Source of the DNA: a virus
Virus record (IMG/VR): IMGVR_UViG_3300044609_000595
Location: 1 to 64,000 of that record
DNA: 64,000 nt
Direction: 5' to 3' (one strand)
Part shown: piece after piece, positions 26,900 through 37,637 of the stretch
Layout of the letters: every line of letters begins with the position of its first letter
Numbering within the stretch: the stretch's first letter is position 1
Translations under genes and position numbers: made by a program
The notes under the pieces: model-generated
What the model saw: the letters and a program-made list of their open reading frames with translations, nothing else
Databases searched by the model: none
Told to the model about the DNA's origin: nothing

Positions 26900-27778
26900 A
26901 TGATGATTCGTTCGTTTATTGCTGCCGCTGCAGTTGCTGCTACTGCTGCTCCTGCTATGGCACAAGTGACCAGTGTAAAGCAACTGAGTGATGTTCAACC
27001 GACTCAGTGGTCGTATCAAGCAATCACCAATCTGGTTGAGCGTTATGGTTGTGTTGCTGGTTATCCCAATGGCACCTTTCAGCCTGGTCAACCTGCTACC
27101 CGTGCTGAGCTTGCTGCTCTGACTAATGCTTGTCTGGATCGCATTACTGAGTTCCAAAGTGCTGCTGATGCTGCTCTTGCTGCTGCTCTCCGTGCTGAGT
27201 TTGCTAAAGAAATTGGTGCTACTAATGCTCGTGTGACTGCTCTGGAAGTTGCTGCTGCTCAAAAAGCACAAGGCGTGGGCAACTATCTGGGTGCTGGTGT
27301 GCTACTGAACCAACAAGGTGTTGACGGCAACGGTTATGATGCTGAACGTACTATCGCTGGTGGTACTGTTCAAGGTCGTTATGCTGTGAAGACTTTCAGT
27401 AATCAGAATGCTGTTGCTGTTCGTCCTTATGCTAATTTCGTTGGCACTCCTGCTGGCGAAATCGGTGCTGCTGGTGGTGCTCTGCTGTCTTATGACTGGA
27501 GTATCGCTCGTGCCGCTTCTGGTGTGAGTCGTGCTAACATCTACACTGGTGTTGGTTATCAGATTCCTTTCGTGAATAACACCGACGCTAACTTCCAGTC
27601 CGCTGTGGGTGATCGTGGTCAAGTTGTTCTCGCTCTGGGTATCGAAGGTCGTCTGACCAACTCTCTGGTTGGTTTTGCTGATCTGAAGTTCCCCACCACC
27701 AATGCTGCTAATAGCTATGGTGCTACCAACGGAACTTATTCTCCTGTGTTCACCACTGGTCTCGGATTCAAGTTCTGA
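26900..27778 (+). CDS. SLH-domain outer-membrane beta-barrel protein (cyanobacterial porin-like N-terminus)
   Basis: Signal peptide, SDVQPTQWSYQAITNLVERYGCVAGYP SLH motif, coiled coil, amphipathic strands and terminal GLGFKF. Confidence 0.8.
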   Translation: MMIRSFIAAAAVAATAAPAMAQVTSVKQLSDVQPTQWSYQAITNLVERYGCVAGYPNGTFQPGQPATRAELAALTNACLDRITEFQSAADAALAAALRAEFAKEIGATNARVTALEVAAAQKAQGVGNYLGAGVLLNQQGVDGNGYDAERTIAGGTVQGRYAVKTFSNQNAVAVRPYANFVGTPAGEIGAAGGALLSYDWSIARAASGVSRANIYTGVGYQIPFVNNTDANFQSAVGDRGQVVLALGIEGRLTNSLVGFADLKFPTTNAANSYGATNGTYSPVFTTGLGFKF

Positions 27779-27784
27779 TAACTC

Positions 27785-28825
27785 ATGGACTTGATGATGG
27801 GTATCTGGGAGAAACTTCTTTTTCTCCCTTACATCATCGGCATTATGATTGTCGGTGGTCTCGTAAAACAATATGGAGTGCTCAACGAAGTATTCGTAGC
27901 ACTTCGGAAAATCTTCAAGTCAAATAGACTTGTTGTTGCTGCTACTGCTTTAGCTGGTGGTGTTCTACCCATTGAAGGGCGAGTCGTTATGTCGGCTCCC
28001 CTTCTGGACTCCATCGCTTCAGATAAAGCACAATCTCGTTCCAAGTTTGGTATTGTAGATTATCTTTCTACTCACCACTATTACTGGTGGTCGCCACTTG
28101 AGAAAACAGTTGTGCTTCCTATGGCAGCATTGGGTCTATCCTATACACAATTTTTAGGATACACTCTTGTTCCTCTATTGATTACTCTGGGTTTCGCTGG
28201 AGTATTCATTTTCAAATATGTCAAAGAAACTGACGTAGAAATTATTCAGGAAACTCGTTCCTTTAGTTGGAACCGTCTGCTGAAAGGTTGGGCTCCTATC
28301 GTTGCTACGATGTGGTTCTTAGTTTGCTATGGCGATCCTGATATGCCTTACCTGTTCTCTGTTTGGTTTGGTGGTCTTGCTGCTTACTACTCATTCATCT
28401 GTAATGATTGGAAGTGGGGTCGTTATATCAACTGGAAGTTTACTGGTCTGGCAGCATTAGTTCTTACTCTTGCTGCTGTGATGAGTGAAATTAAAGAACC
28501 AGTAATGGAATACCTGAAACTGACTGCTGCTCAGGGATCTGCTGCCCTTGTGACGGTCTCTGTGGTAGGATTCTTAGCATCCTTCGCCATGGGTTCCTCT
28601 GGTAAGTATGCTGGTATTGTCTCGCTGCTCGCCAAGGCATTTGGTCCTGGCTACTTGACATGGTTCCTCTGTGTGGAGTATGCTGGGTACATCATCTCAC
28701 CAATGCACAAGTGCCTGCTGATCGGTCAGCAATACTTTGGCACTCCTATCAAGACCTATTACAAAGTATTAGGATTCTTGATTGCTGCTTTGCTTGGATG
28801 GGGCGCTTTGACGTTAGCGTTCTAA
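27785..28825 (+). CDS. Polytopic inner-membrane transporter-like protein (DUF401 / ion-transporter superfamily-like)
   Basis: About 10 or more hydrophobic helices; HHYYWWSPLE and ISPMHKC motifs. Confidence 0.65.
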   Translation: MDLMMGIWEKLLFLPYIIGIMIVGGLVKQYGVLNEVFVALRKIFKSNRLVVAATALAGGVLPIEGRVVMSAPLLDSIASDKAQSRSKFGIVDYLSTHHYYWWSPLEKTVVLPMAALGLSYTQFLGYTLVPLLITLGFAGVFIFKYVKETDVEIIQETRSFSWNRLLKGWAPIVATMWFLVCYGDPDMPYLFSVWFGGLAAYYSFICNDWKWGRYINWKFTGLAALVLTLAAVMSEIKEPVMEYLKLTAAQGSAALVTVSVVGFLASFAMGSSGKYAGIVSLLAKAFGPGYLTWFLCVEYAGYIISPMHKCLLIGQQYFGTPIKTYYKVLGFLIAALLGWGALTLAF

Positions 28826-28831
28826 AACAAC

Positions 28832-28865
28832 GGGGGTTGACAAACCCCCTTTTTTAATATATACT
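28832..28865 (+). promoter_or_regulatory. Terminator hairpin with embedded sigma70 promoter
   Basis: GGGGGTT-GACA-AACCCCC stem with T-run; TTGACA N17 TATACT. Confidence 0.75.
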
Positions 28866-28891
28866 ATTGTAACAATTCGTAATACAACAAG

Positions 28892-29101
28892 ATGACCGTA
28901 ACGACTAATGAACATGGGCAACAAAATCTATTTGCTCGTGAACCAAAAATGTATATTTCTGATGAAGATGCCATCAAGTATGGTATGATGACTCACAACG
29001 AACGTGCAGAGCTTGTCAACGGACGCTGGGCTATGCTAGGATTCGTAGCGGGCATCGTGTCCTACGTCGCCACTGGCAAACTGTTTTTTGGTATTCTCTG
29101 A
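28892..29101 (+). CDS. hli: High-light inducible protein
   Basis: AELVNGRWAMLGF. Confidence 0.93.
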   Translation: MTVTTNEHGQQNLFAREPKMYISDEDAIKYGMMTHNERAELVNGRWAMLGFVAGIVSYVATGKLFFGIL

Positions 29102-29114
29102 CATTTGATTGACA

Positions 29115-29648
<534 letters not shown>

Positions 29649-29652
<4 letters not shown>

Positions 29653-29768
29653 AATTTGGATGGACCCCTGAGGCTGAGATCCTCAACGCTCGTCTGGCAA
29701 TGCTTGGGTTTGTAATTGCTGTAGGAACTTACTTCACTACTGGACAAATTATTCCAGGTATCTGGTGA
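29649..29768 (+). CDS. hli: High-light inducible protein (39 aa)
   Basis: Manual translation MKFGWTPEAEILNARLAMLGFVIAVGTYFTTGQIIPGIW; GAGGAG RBS. Confidence 0.92.
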
Positions 29769-29772
29769 TAAT

Positions 29773-30513
29773 TTAATACAAATAATCTTTGAGTTGGGGA
29801 AACGTCTTTTCGATTTCCTCAACTCTTTTTTGTATGTCTGGGTCATACAAAGCCATACTAGTTTCTATCAATCCATATGAAGGAAAAGTATATTTTATAT
29901 GTTCTGTTTGATTGAACGTATCAATAACAGTATCATCTCTTCCATTTAATCTTGTTTTTTTCACATCAATATCACAGAAAGAAAAGTCAGTTACTTCTGG
30001 TAAATTAAAGTGATTACATACCCGATTTAAAGTTTCTTTTTTATCTTGTAAGAAATCGTTGGTAGTTATCCACAAAACATCTGAATTATCCAACATACGG
30101 AATACGCTACACAACCAAACGTATATTACTTTGTTTAAATCATCTTCTGGATTCCAATTGATTGCTGGGTGATTTTGATTGTTTAAAATATAATCTGTCT
30201 TGGGTAATCTTTGTTTAACCCATATAGGATCTACAGATTTAATTTTACACAGATGTTGTGCTAAAGGTCTGTATAGAAATACTTTATTTCCAGGAAAGTT
30301 TGTTTCAAAGCAAGTAGTCATACTTGGAAACTTAACAACAGACCCATAGAAATTTTCTATGTTTTTATATGGATCTGTTCCAATCAATAAAGACTTTGCC
30401 CAGGATGGTTCAGCATATGCTTTACATACTGTAGATAGCAATGAGGTCATTAGTGTAGAACCACACCTTGCTACGTGATAGATTTGATGTATTTGTTCAG
30501 ACATAATTATCAC
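29773..30513 (-). CDS. Sulfotransferase-like protein
   Basis: N-terminal HVARCGSTL resembles the 5'-PAPS-binding loop; FLYRP resembles the 3'-PB motif. Confidence 0.55.
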   Translation of the reverse strand: MIIMSEQIHQIYHVARCGSTLMTSLLSTVCKAYAEPSWAKSLLIGTDPYKNIENFYGSVVKFPSMTTCFETNFPGNKVFLYRPLAQHLCKIKSVDPIWVKQRLPKTDYILNNQNHPAINWNPEDDLNKVIYVWLCSVFRMLDNSDVLWITTNDFLQDKKETLNRVCNHFNLPEVTDFSFCDIDVKKTRLNGRDDTVIDTFNQTEHIKYTFPSYGLIETSMALYDPDIQKRVEEIEKTFPQLKDYLY

Positions 30514-31114
30514 TATTTTTTACACTCATAAACTGAGATATGCAGTATCTCCCATCACCATTCCAATAAGCATCATCATTTATAGATACTTTCTTTACGC
30601 CGTGCCCTACATATCCAGGTAACAAAATGAAAGTATTATGTGAACACTCAATTTCGTAATTGTATTGTGGAAAATACAATTCCCCGCCACTAAACTTCTT
30701 TGGTGTGGTGTGGAAATATGAGAAGGTTAAAAACTCATGCCCAATATCTGTATGAGGTTGGTATCCCTCTCCATTGTGGTAGTATCTTAACTTTGTGATA
30801 ACCATATTCACATATCTGAGGCGTAATAAATGAGGCCATTTATTTACGATTGTTGATATGAATGGAGTATCTAATGTTTTCTTTGTAACTTGTAGAATAT
30901 TAGATAACTCTGGCATAGCATATGCTTTTTCCAGGTGTAGTGCTCTGCTTTCAGTAAGTTCTGAATTACTAGCGTGATGAACTCCTGGTTTGTATATTTT
31001 GTTTGGATGGGATAAAAATTTAATTTCTTCTAGTATTAATGCTAACTCTTTTTCACTATAAAAGTTTTCAATTAATACATGAGGGAATGGATCATCAAGT
31101 AATTTTATATTCAT
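30497..31114 (-). CDS. 2OG-Fe(II) oxygenase (prolyl-hydroxylase-like)
   Basis: HTD...GGELYF...HGV...R. Confidence 0.85.
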   Translation of the reverse strand: MNIKLLDDPFPHVLIENFYSEKELALILEEIKFLSHPNKIYKPGVHHASNSELTESRALHLEKAYAMPELSNILQVTKKTLDTPFISTIVNKWPHLLRLRYVNMVITKLRYYHNGEGYQPHTDIGHEFLTFSYFHTTPKKFSGGELYFPQYNYEIECSHNTFILLPGYVGHGVKKVSINDDAYWNGDGRYCISQFMSVKNSDNYV

Positions 31115-31365
31115 TCATCTCCAGCAAGAATAACAAACTCATCAATTGTTTCGTCATAATACATTCCAATACCAGCATACCTTCCTCTAGTGTTTCCATT
31201 ATATGAGGTTTGCTTCCAGTTAGTATTTTCTCCTTGAAGGTTTCTGCAGAATTGAATACCAATCTCTTCGTTTTCTTCTCCATTTTCGTCAACGATATCA
31301 TCGTTAGATACAACAATAACTTCGATTACTTTATTATTCTCGTCTAATTTAGCAAAGTGTGCCAT
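31111..31365 (-). CDS. Small tail-fibre-associated protein
   Basis: MAHFAKLDENN...WKQTSYN...YAGIG type, usually found next to Gly-rich fibres. Confidence 0.7.
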   Translation of the reverse strand: MAHFAKLDENNKVIEVIVVSNDDIVDENGEENEEIGIQFCRNLQGENTNWKQTSYNGNTRGRYAGIGMYYDETIDEFVILAGDE

Positions 31366-31367
31366 GA

Positions 31368-32294
31368 TTATAAAACAGTAAATGTATTAGAACCTGTAAA
31401 AGTATGTATAACGTAAGCAGTTCCGCCCACTGTAACATATGTAATGGTTCCTCCAGTTGCTTTAGCAACAGTGCCAGGATATCGAATTACAACTACCCCA
31501 GAACCACCACTAGATGAAAAAGCTGAAGAAGTAGTAGTTTGACCATGAGCACCACCGCCACTATTTGCTGGGGCATTTGTTGTGAATGCATTATTTGGAT
31601 CTCCATTAGTTCCAGTAGTACCTTCACCTGCTCCACCACCTCCCCACCCAACATAACTATCAGAAGTAGTAGAAAATGATGTTAAATTATATGCGGCACC
31701 ACCATTGCCTCCAGTACCACCAAAAGGTCCCACGCTAGTAGTAGTGCCAGCACCTCCATATCCACCACCGCCGCCGCCGCCATAATCCAAGATATTTGCG
31801 CCACCTCCATTATTACCTTGACCAGCAGTTCCTGTTCCCGCAGTAAGTCTTACTGTTGGAAAACTAGTTGACCTAGAAGAAGTACCACCGCCACCAGAAC
31901 TACCATTTTTATCTGTGCCAGAACTTCCGCCAGAACCACCGCCTAATGATGTAAAAACAGCAGCCCCACCAGCAGATAAAGCATAATATGTAGAACTTCC
32001 TTTACCAGTAGAGTTGTCGGCACCAGCACCACCAGCACCAATAGTAAGATATAAAGAACTTCCGTTTGTTGTAGTTCCGCTAGTGGTTCTTACGCCACCA
32101 CCGCCACCACCTCCAGAATAAGTTGCCGAAATAAAATCATCATCAGCTCTTCCTGTATTATACCCTACAGCATAAGAACCTCCGCCGCCGCCAACTAACA
32201 ACATTTCCCAATTCAACGGAACTGCTGGTGGTATTGTTGATTTTGCTATACCAAATGCTTTACTGCTACCTATACCAAATGCTATTGGACTCAT
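31368..32294 (-). CDS. Glycine-rich tail-fibre/adhesin protein
   Basis: GGGGG repeats, GGSGVVVIRY and IHTFTGS. Confidence 0.8.
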   Translation of the reverse strand: MSPIAFGIGSSKAFGIAKSTIPPAVPLNWEMLLVGGGGGSYAVGYNTGRADDDFISATYSGGGGGGGVRTTSGTTTNGSSLYLTIGAGGAGADNSTGKGSSTYYALSAGGAAVFTSLGGGSGGSSGTDKNGSSGGGGTSSRSTSFPTVRLTAGTGTAGQGNNGGGANILDYGGGGGGGYGGAGTTTSVGPFGGTGGNGGAAYNLTSFSTTSDSYVGWGGGGAGEGTTGTNGDPNNAFTTNAPANSGGGAHGQTTTSSAFSSSGGSGVVVIRYPGTVAKATGGTITYVTVGGTAYVIHTFTGSNTFTVL

Positions 32295-32302
32295 ATTACA
32301 CC

Positions 32303-35300
32303 TCAGCTAAAGTTTGTATTGCCTGAACCAAACACGTTAATCGTGCCAGCACTATCTCTTACGATAGTGAATGTGATTACATCGAAGTTATTTGTTGCTG
32401 TTGGAGCAGAACCACCAGACCACTTAACTCCACCAGAAACAGCATTACCATTTACACTACAAGCATCACCATAGGTTTGTGCTGTATCACCATCAATGAT
32501 TAAAGTTACTGTTGTTGCCTTACTGTTTGCTGTTGGAACGTTAGTGAATGCCCAAGTAGTTACAGAAGCGTTAAGGTCTCCAAGAACAACAGTTGCTGCT
32601 GATGTATCTACAGTAAGTGTTCCAGTTGAAGGAGAAAGTGTAGTGTTGAAATTATTTACAGAAGTTTCTGTGATCTGTTTGAGGTTCGTTGTAGTGGTAA
32701 CAGTAAGACCACCAAACATAGTTACGTCACCAGTAGAAGCAGAAATAGTTAATCGTTCAGTAAATACAGTATTAGCATCATTAACTGTTCTGAATGTAAA
32801 ATAACCGCCACTATTATTGTAAGCACGAAGATCCCATTTACTTTGATTTGCTGTTCCTCCACTTACAGTATATCTGATGAATGGATCTGTAGATGTTAAG
32901 TTTACTGAACCAGAAGAAGCACTACCAGCAAAATTAAAAGTAGATGTTCCACTTACAGTTAGACTTGTTAGAGAACCAACAGAAGTTAAACTAGAACTTG
33001 TGACACCACCCCCCAAAGCAAATGAACCAGACGAAGGACCAATCTGAGAATTACTAGCAATTAAAACGTTACCAATTCTGTATTGTTTGCCAGATGCTAA
33101 GTCGAAATGCTCTGTGGATGTCCAAGCATCTGTAGTATCAGACCACAGAATTGATTTATCTGTAGTTCCTTTGAGAACGATACCGCCATTGTTTGCTGAT
33201 AGGTCTGAAGGTCCAACAGCATTAAATGTAGCAGCACCAGATGAACCAGTAACATTGTTTGATAGGGTTGCTGAATTACCACTGATTGAAACAATTGTAG
33301 TGCCAGCAGGAACGCTAATACCAGCAGTTGTAATGCTAACTTCGATGCCAGGAATTAATCCTGCAGTTGGCGTGATACCAGAAATAGTGGCACTATTGTT
33401 TGTAACTGTTGCAACAAAGGTTGAGTTTACAACAGCACCAATTTCAATAGTCTTATCGTCCACCGAAAGAACAGAAGAATTGATTGTCGTAGTGGTTCCA
33501 TTTACTGTTAAATTACCACTCAATACAAAATTACCACCAACGTTAAAGTTTCTTGGCACAGTAACGTCGAAGTTACTATCTCCACGAACCCACGTTTCTG
33601 TACCAGAACCAATTACTAGTTGTCTATCACCAGAAATTGATGGTGGTTGATATGTAGCATTGGTACTATTCTCATCATCAGCAGGACCGATTAAAACGTT
33701 ACCTGTTCCTAGGCAGTTATAACCAGCAAAGTGTCCAATACAAACGTTAGCATTACCACTTTGGCTTTCTCCCAAAGTATTTGAGCCAACAGCAGTATTT
33801 TTGCCACCAACCAGAAGGTTGAGCATTGAATCTCTACCAACTGCTGTGTTGGCAGAACCAGTGTTGGCGTTTCTAAGTGCTCTGTAACCATATGATGTGT
33901 TTGAAGCACCAGAACTTAGAGCTGATGATGCTTCAAAACCTACGGCAGTGTTTTGACTACCAGTTGAGTTGGTTTGTAGAGCATTAAAACCAACTCTGGT
34001 GTTGGAAGCAATAGCGTTTCCGCCTCTACCAATACGGAATGGGTTGGCGCTGGTGCCTCTAATAGTAACATCAGCATTTACGAAATCAACTGTACCGTTA
34101 ACTGTTAGTGTGTCGCCAACAATTGTGTTTAAAGTGACGTTCTTTGCTACACTTAGACCGTGGCGAATTGTTGTTGTGCCAGTACCATTGGCACCTAAAG
34201 TAATTGCTGTGGCAACACCAAAAGCACTAATTGAAGTTGCTGTAGAATTTAATAGAGCAAATGATGTACTAGAGGTTCCGATGCTATCAACAAAGTTTGG
34301 GTTCTGGTTGAATAGTAAAACTCCCGTTCCACTACTATCAGAAATAATACCTCTCAACTGAGTTGAAGTTGTGGTAGCAAACGCCGCTAACGTATCCGCT
34401 GTATAAGCAACACTACCACCAGTTCTAAAAGCAACAGTAGAACCATCAGTACCAGAGAATGTTACTGTATTGCTAGCAGTTAAAGTTTTTGAGTTGGCAA
34501 TTGTGAGTGTGCCAGATGCCGTGGTTGTAATTGTTAATCCATTGATGCTAGTTGCTGTAGCAATACCAAGAGTTGGACTAGTAAGAGTTGGGGAAGTTAG
34601 AGTTTTGTTAGTTAAAGTTTGTGTTTCGGCTTCAGTTACTAATCTACGACGAACAGATCCGTCATAAACACTCCAGTATGAACCAGATTCAAACCACTGG
34701 AGTGATGTATATGTTTGTGCTACTCCAGAAGAATTAGTAGTTCTGTTTAAACGAATACCACCATCAGAACCAACGAGATTATTTCCTCTTCTTAATTCAA
34801 TTTCGTTATCAGTGACGGTTAGAGTTTGTGTATTTAAAGTAGTAGTTGTTCCACTAACAACAAAGTCACCGCCAATAGTTACTGTTGATCCATCATCGGT
34901 AATAATGCTATTAGTAAATTGTTTGTTTGAGTTATCCCATTTAATAACTTTAGAATCAGTAAAGTTGTTTGAGTTTTTAATTGAAAATTCTGTGGTTGAT
35001 AATGTAAGACCACCGTTAGCAGAAGCTGTGTAAGTAGTATTTGTATCTACTGCAGAAATATTGATTGTGCTGCCAGTCTGTGATACGGTAGCAGCTCCAG
35101 AAGAAGTGAAAGTAACATCTCCAGAAACATATGATCCTGTTGCTGTTCCTCTTAACCTAGTTACAGTATTTGTGTCAGTTGACGATATAGTAATTGTTGA
35201 ATTTGTTTGTGATACTACAGATGCACCAGAAGCAACAATAGTAATATCGCCAGTATTATAAGATGCTGTAGTACCACCTCTCACACGGGTGATAGTATCT

Positions 35301-36082
35301 TGAGAAGAAATTGTGATGTCACCACCGTTTTGTGTGACGGTTGATGCTCCTGCTTGAAGGAAAGTAAAATCACCTGAAGCTAAAGTTTGTCCAGTTCCAG
35401 CTCTCAATCGGGTGATAGTATCTGTGAATGTGGAGGAAATTGTGATAATATTTCCTGACTGAGAAACTGATGAGGATCCACTAGCAGCAATTGTGACATC
35501 ACCAGATACTAATGAACCACCAGAAGCAGATTGAATACGTGTTACTGTATCTGTATCAATGTAACTAGAATTAATAGTAATAGCATCGTCAGTTCTAGAT
35601 AGAGTTACATTACTGCCAGCTACCAATGATACGTCATCAGTGACACCAGAACCAGCATTGCCACCTGATGTTAATCTGATAATTTTTTGTGATGATGATA
35701 AACCATCGACAGCAGAAATGCTATACGTTGTGTTATTGTCTGGTGTTGATACCGAACCGCCGAGTGGAATAGAAACCCCGTTTATGTTAATTGCAGAATT
35801 AACTAATGCTGTATTCGGGATATTTGAAAAAATGTTAGCACTACCAGAAATAGTACAATTAGTTAAAGTCTTGTTAGTTAATGTTTGGGTGGCATTTAAA
35901 TATACATCTCCAGGACTGTCCCAAACTAATCCAGTACCAGTGCTTTTTAGATACTCGCCACTAACACCAGTGTCACCATTTATTGATAAGCCATTACCAG
36001 TTAAATCTAGGTTATCTCCAGATACCAGTTCTTCAATCTTTTTTGAAACTGGGTTAACAATTAACGGAAAACGATTTGCCAT
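32303..36082 (-). CDS. Long tail fibre protein
   Basis: MANRFPLIVN start, QTLTNKTL repeats, S/T/G-rich, NTAVG beta-roll repeats; ATAAATA upstream on the minus strand. Confidence 0.85.
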   Translation of the reverse strand: MANRFPLIVNPVSKKIEELVSGDNLDLTGNGLSINGDTGVSGEYLKSTGTGLVWDSPGDVYLNATQTLTNKTLTNCTISGSANIFSNIPNTALVNSAININGVSIPLGGSVSTPDNNTTYSISAVDGLSSSQKIIRLTSGGNAGSGVTDDVSLVAGSNVTLSRTDDAITINSSYIDTDTVTRIQSASGGSLVSGDVTIAASGSSSVSQSGNIITISSTFTDTITRLRAGTGQTLASGDFTFLQAGASTVTQNGGDITISSQDTITRVRGGTTASYNTGDITIVASGASVVSQTNSTITISSTDTNTVTRLRGTATGSYVSGDVTFTSSGAATVSQTGSTINISAVDTNTTYTASANGGLTLSTTEFSIKNSNNFTDSKVIKWDNSNKQFTNSIITDDGSTVTIGGDFVVSGTTTTLNTQTLTVTDNEIELRRGNNLVGSDGGIRLNRTTNSSGVAQTYTSLQWFESGSYWSVYDGSVRRRLVTEAETQTLTNKTLTSPTLTSPTLGIATATSINGLTITTTASGTLTIANSKTLTASNTVTFSGTDGSTVAFRTGGSVAYTADTLAAFATTTSTQLRGIISDSSGTGVLLFNQNPNFVDSIGTSSTSFALLNSTATSISAFGVATAITLGANGTGTTTIRHGLSVAKNVTLNTIVGDTLTVNGTVDFVNADVTIRGTSANPFRIGRGGNAIASNTRVGFNALQTNSTGSQNTAVGFEASSALSSGASNTSYGYRALRNANTGSANTAVGRDSMLNLLVGGKNTAVGSNTLGESQSGNANVCIGHFAGYNCLGTGNVLIGPADDENSTNATYQPPSISGDRQLVIGSGTETWVRGDSNFDVTVPRNFNVGGNFVLSGNLTVNGTTTTINSSVLSVDDKTIEIGAVVNSTFVATVTNNSATISGITPTAGLIPGIEVSITTAGISVPAGTTIVSISGNSATLSNNVTGSSGAATFNAVGPSDLSANNGGIVLKGTTDKSILWSDTTDAWTSTEHFDLASGKQYRIGNVLIASNSQIGPSSGSFALGGGVTSSSLTSVGSLTSLTVSGTSTFNFAGSASSGSVNLTSTDPFIRYTVSGGTANQSKWDLRAYNNSGGYFTFRTVNDANTVFTERLTISASTGDVTMFGGLTVTTTTNLKQITETSVNNFNTTLSPSTGTLTVDTSAATVVLGDLNASVTTWAFTNVPTANSKATTVTLIIDGDTAQTYGDACSVNGNAVSGGVKWSGGSAPTATNNFDVITFTIVRDSAGTINVFGSGNTNFS

Positions 36083-36196
36083 TACACTATCTAAGGGAGG
36101 CGTATTTATTCTTAAAGTTATTTATGCCCGAGGGAACTGTTCACATAAGATGTCTTAATGTCAGCACCCCCTGACCATTGTAGGTACTAATACCCA

Positions 36197-36230
36197 TTGA
36201 CTTCCTAAATAAAAGGTTGTATTATAAATA
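36197..36230 (+). promoter_or_regulatory. Overlapping sigma70 and T4-late promoters of psbA
   Basis: TTGACT N17 TATTAT, overlapping TATAAATA at 36223-30. Confidence 0.7.
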
Positions 36231-36296
36231 AGTCGGTGAGGGAGCTTAACATTCCTTCACATACTTTTTAATAAACCTTTACGTTCTTTTAAAACT

Positions 36297-37376
36297 ATGA
36301 CTGCTACTCTCGCTCAACAGCGTGGAAGCAACACTTGGGAACAATTCTGTGAGTGGGTGACTTCTACCAACAATCGTCTTTACGTTGGTTGGTTTGGAAC
36401 TCTAATGATTCCAACACTTCTCGCTGCTACTATTTGTTTCATTGTTGCTTTTATTGCTGCACCTCCTGTCGATATCGACGGCATCCGTGAACCAGTTGCT
36501 GGTTCTCTAATGTATGGAAACAATATCATCTCTGGTGCTGTTGTTCCTTCTAGCAACGCTATCGGACTTCACTTCTACCCCATCTGGGAAGCTGCTTCTC
36601 TTGATGAGTGGCTATATAATGGTGGACCATTTCAACTGGTCGTCTTCCACTTTCTGATTGGTATCTATGCCTACATGGGTCGTGAATGGGAACTATCTTA
36701 CCGACTGGGTATGCGTCCTTGGATTTGTGTTGCCTACTCTGCACCCGTTGCTGCTGCTTCTGCAGTGTTCCTGGTCTATCCCTTTGGTCAAGGATCCTTC
36801 AGTGACGCAATGCCTCTTGGGATTTCGGGAACTTTCAACTACATGCTTGTTTTCCAGGCAGAACACAACATTCTTATGCATCCTTTCCACATGTTGGGAG
36901 TTGCTGGTGTCTTCGGTGGTTCTCTTTTCTCTGCTATGCACGGATCTCTTGTCACCTCTAGTCTTGTACGTGAGACGACAGAAACTGAATCACAAAACTA
37001 CGGTTACAAGTTCGGACAAGAAGAAGAAACCTACAACATTGTAGCTGCTCATGGTTATTTCGGTCGTCTTATCTTCCAATATGCTTCCTTCAATAACTCA
37101 CGTTCACTGCACTTCTTCCTTGCTGCTTGGCCTGTAGTTGGCATCTGGTTCACTGCTCTCGGTGTTAGCACCATGGCATTCAACCTGAACGGTTTCAACT
37201 TCAACCAGTCCATTGTTGATAGTCAGAACCGTGTGATTCCTACTTGGGCAGACATTCTGAACCGTGGTGGACTCGGGATGGAGGTGATGCACGAAAGGAA
37301 CGCACACAACTTCCCTCTCGATCTTGCTGCTGCTGATATGACTCCTGTAGCACTCACAGCACCTGCCATCGGTTGA
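36297..37376 (+). CDS. psbA: Photosystem II D1 protein
   Basis: Full-length D1 (RLYVGWFG...[13 protein letters not shown]); no intron. Confidence 0.99.
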   Translation: MTATLAQQRGSNTWEQFCEWVTSTNNRLYVGWFGTLMIPTLLAATICFIVAFIAAPPVDIDGIREPVAGSLMYGNNIISGAVVPSSNAIGLHFYPIWEAASLDEWLYNGGPFQLVVFHFLIGIYAYMGREWELSYRLGMRPWICVAYSAPVAAASAVFLVYPFGQGSFSDAMPLGISGTFNYMLVFQAEHNILMHPFHMLGVAGVFGGSLFSAMHGSLVTSSLVRETTETESQNYGYKFGQEEETYNIVAAHGYFGRLIFQYASFNNSRSLHFFLAAWPVVGIWFTALGVSTMAFNLNGFNFNQSIVDSQNRVIPTWADILNRGGLGMEVMHERNAHNFPLDLAAADMTPVALTAPAIG

Positions 37377-37401
37377 TAAAAATTAAATAACTGATATAAC
37401 T

Positions 37402-37428
37402 AAGAGGGTATAACAACCCTCTTTTTTT
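37402..37428 (+). terminator. Rho-independent terminator
   Basis: AAGAGGGT/ACCCTCTT stem with T-run. Confidence 0.8.
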
Positions 37429-37548
37429 ATGTCTCATAATACTCAAAACGAACCTATGCCCGAGTGGGTAATCTGGGCAGGAATAGGACTTATGGTATTC
37501 ACTATACTTTGCTTTGTCTTACTGACTGTTGGAATGATTTATGAATGA
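37429..37548 (+). CDS. Small single-TM protein (39 aa)
   Basis: Read manually (MSHNTQNEPMPEWVIWAGIGLMVF...). Confidence 0.5.
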   Translation: MSHNTQNEPMPEWVIWAGIGLMVFTILCFVLLTVGMIYE

Positions 37549-37637
37549 GTAAACCACTAGCTTTGTCTTCAATTCATAACAAATTTTATAATTACAACAA
37601 AAATAGGTTATAATTATACATGAGTTCTCACCTTTAT

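Noticed and set aside
32496-36158. Several plus-strand ORFs opposite the tail fibre
   Set aside because: Val/Pro-rich antisense shadows of a Thr/Gly/Ser-rich gene.
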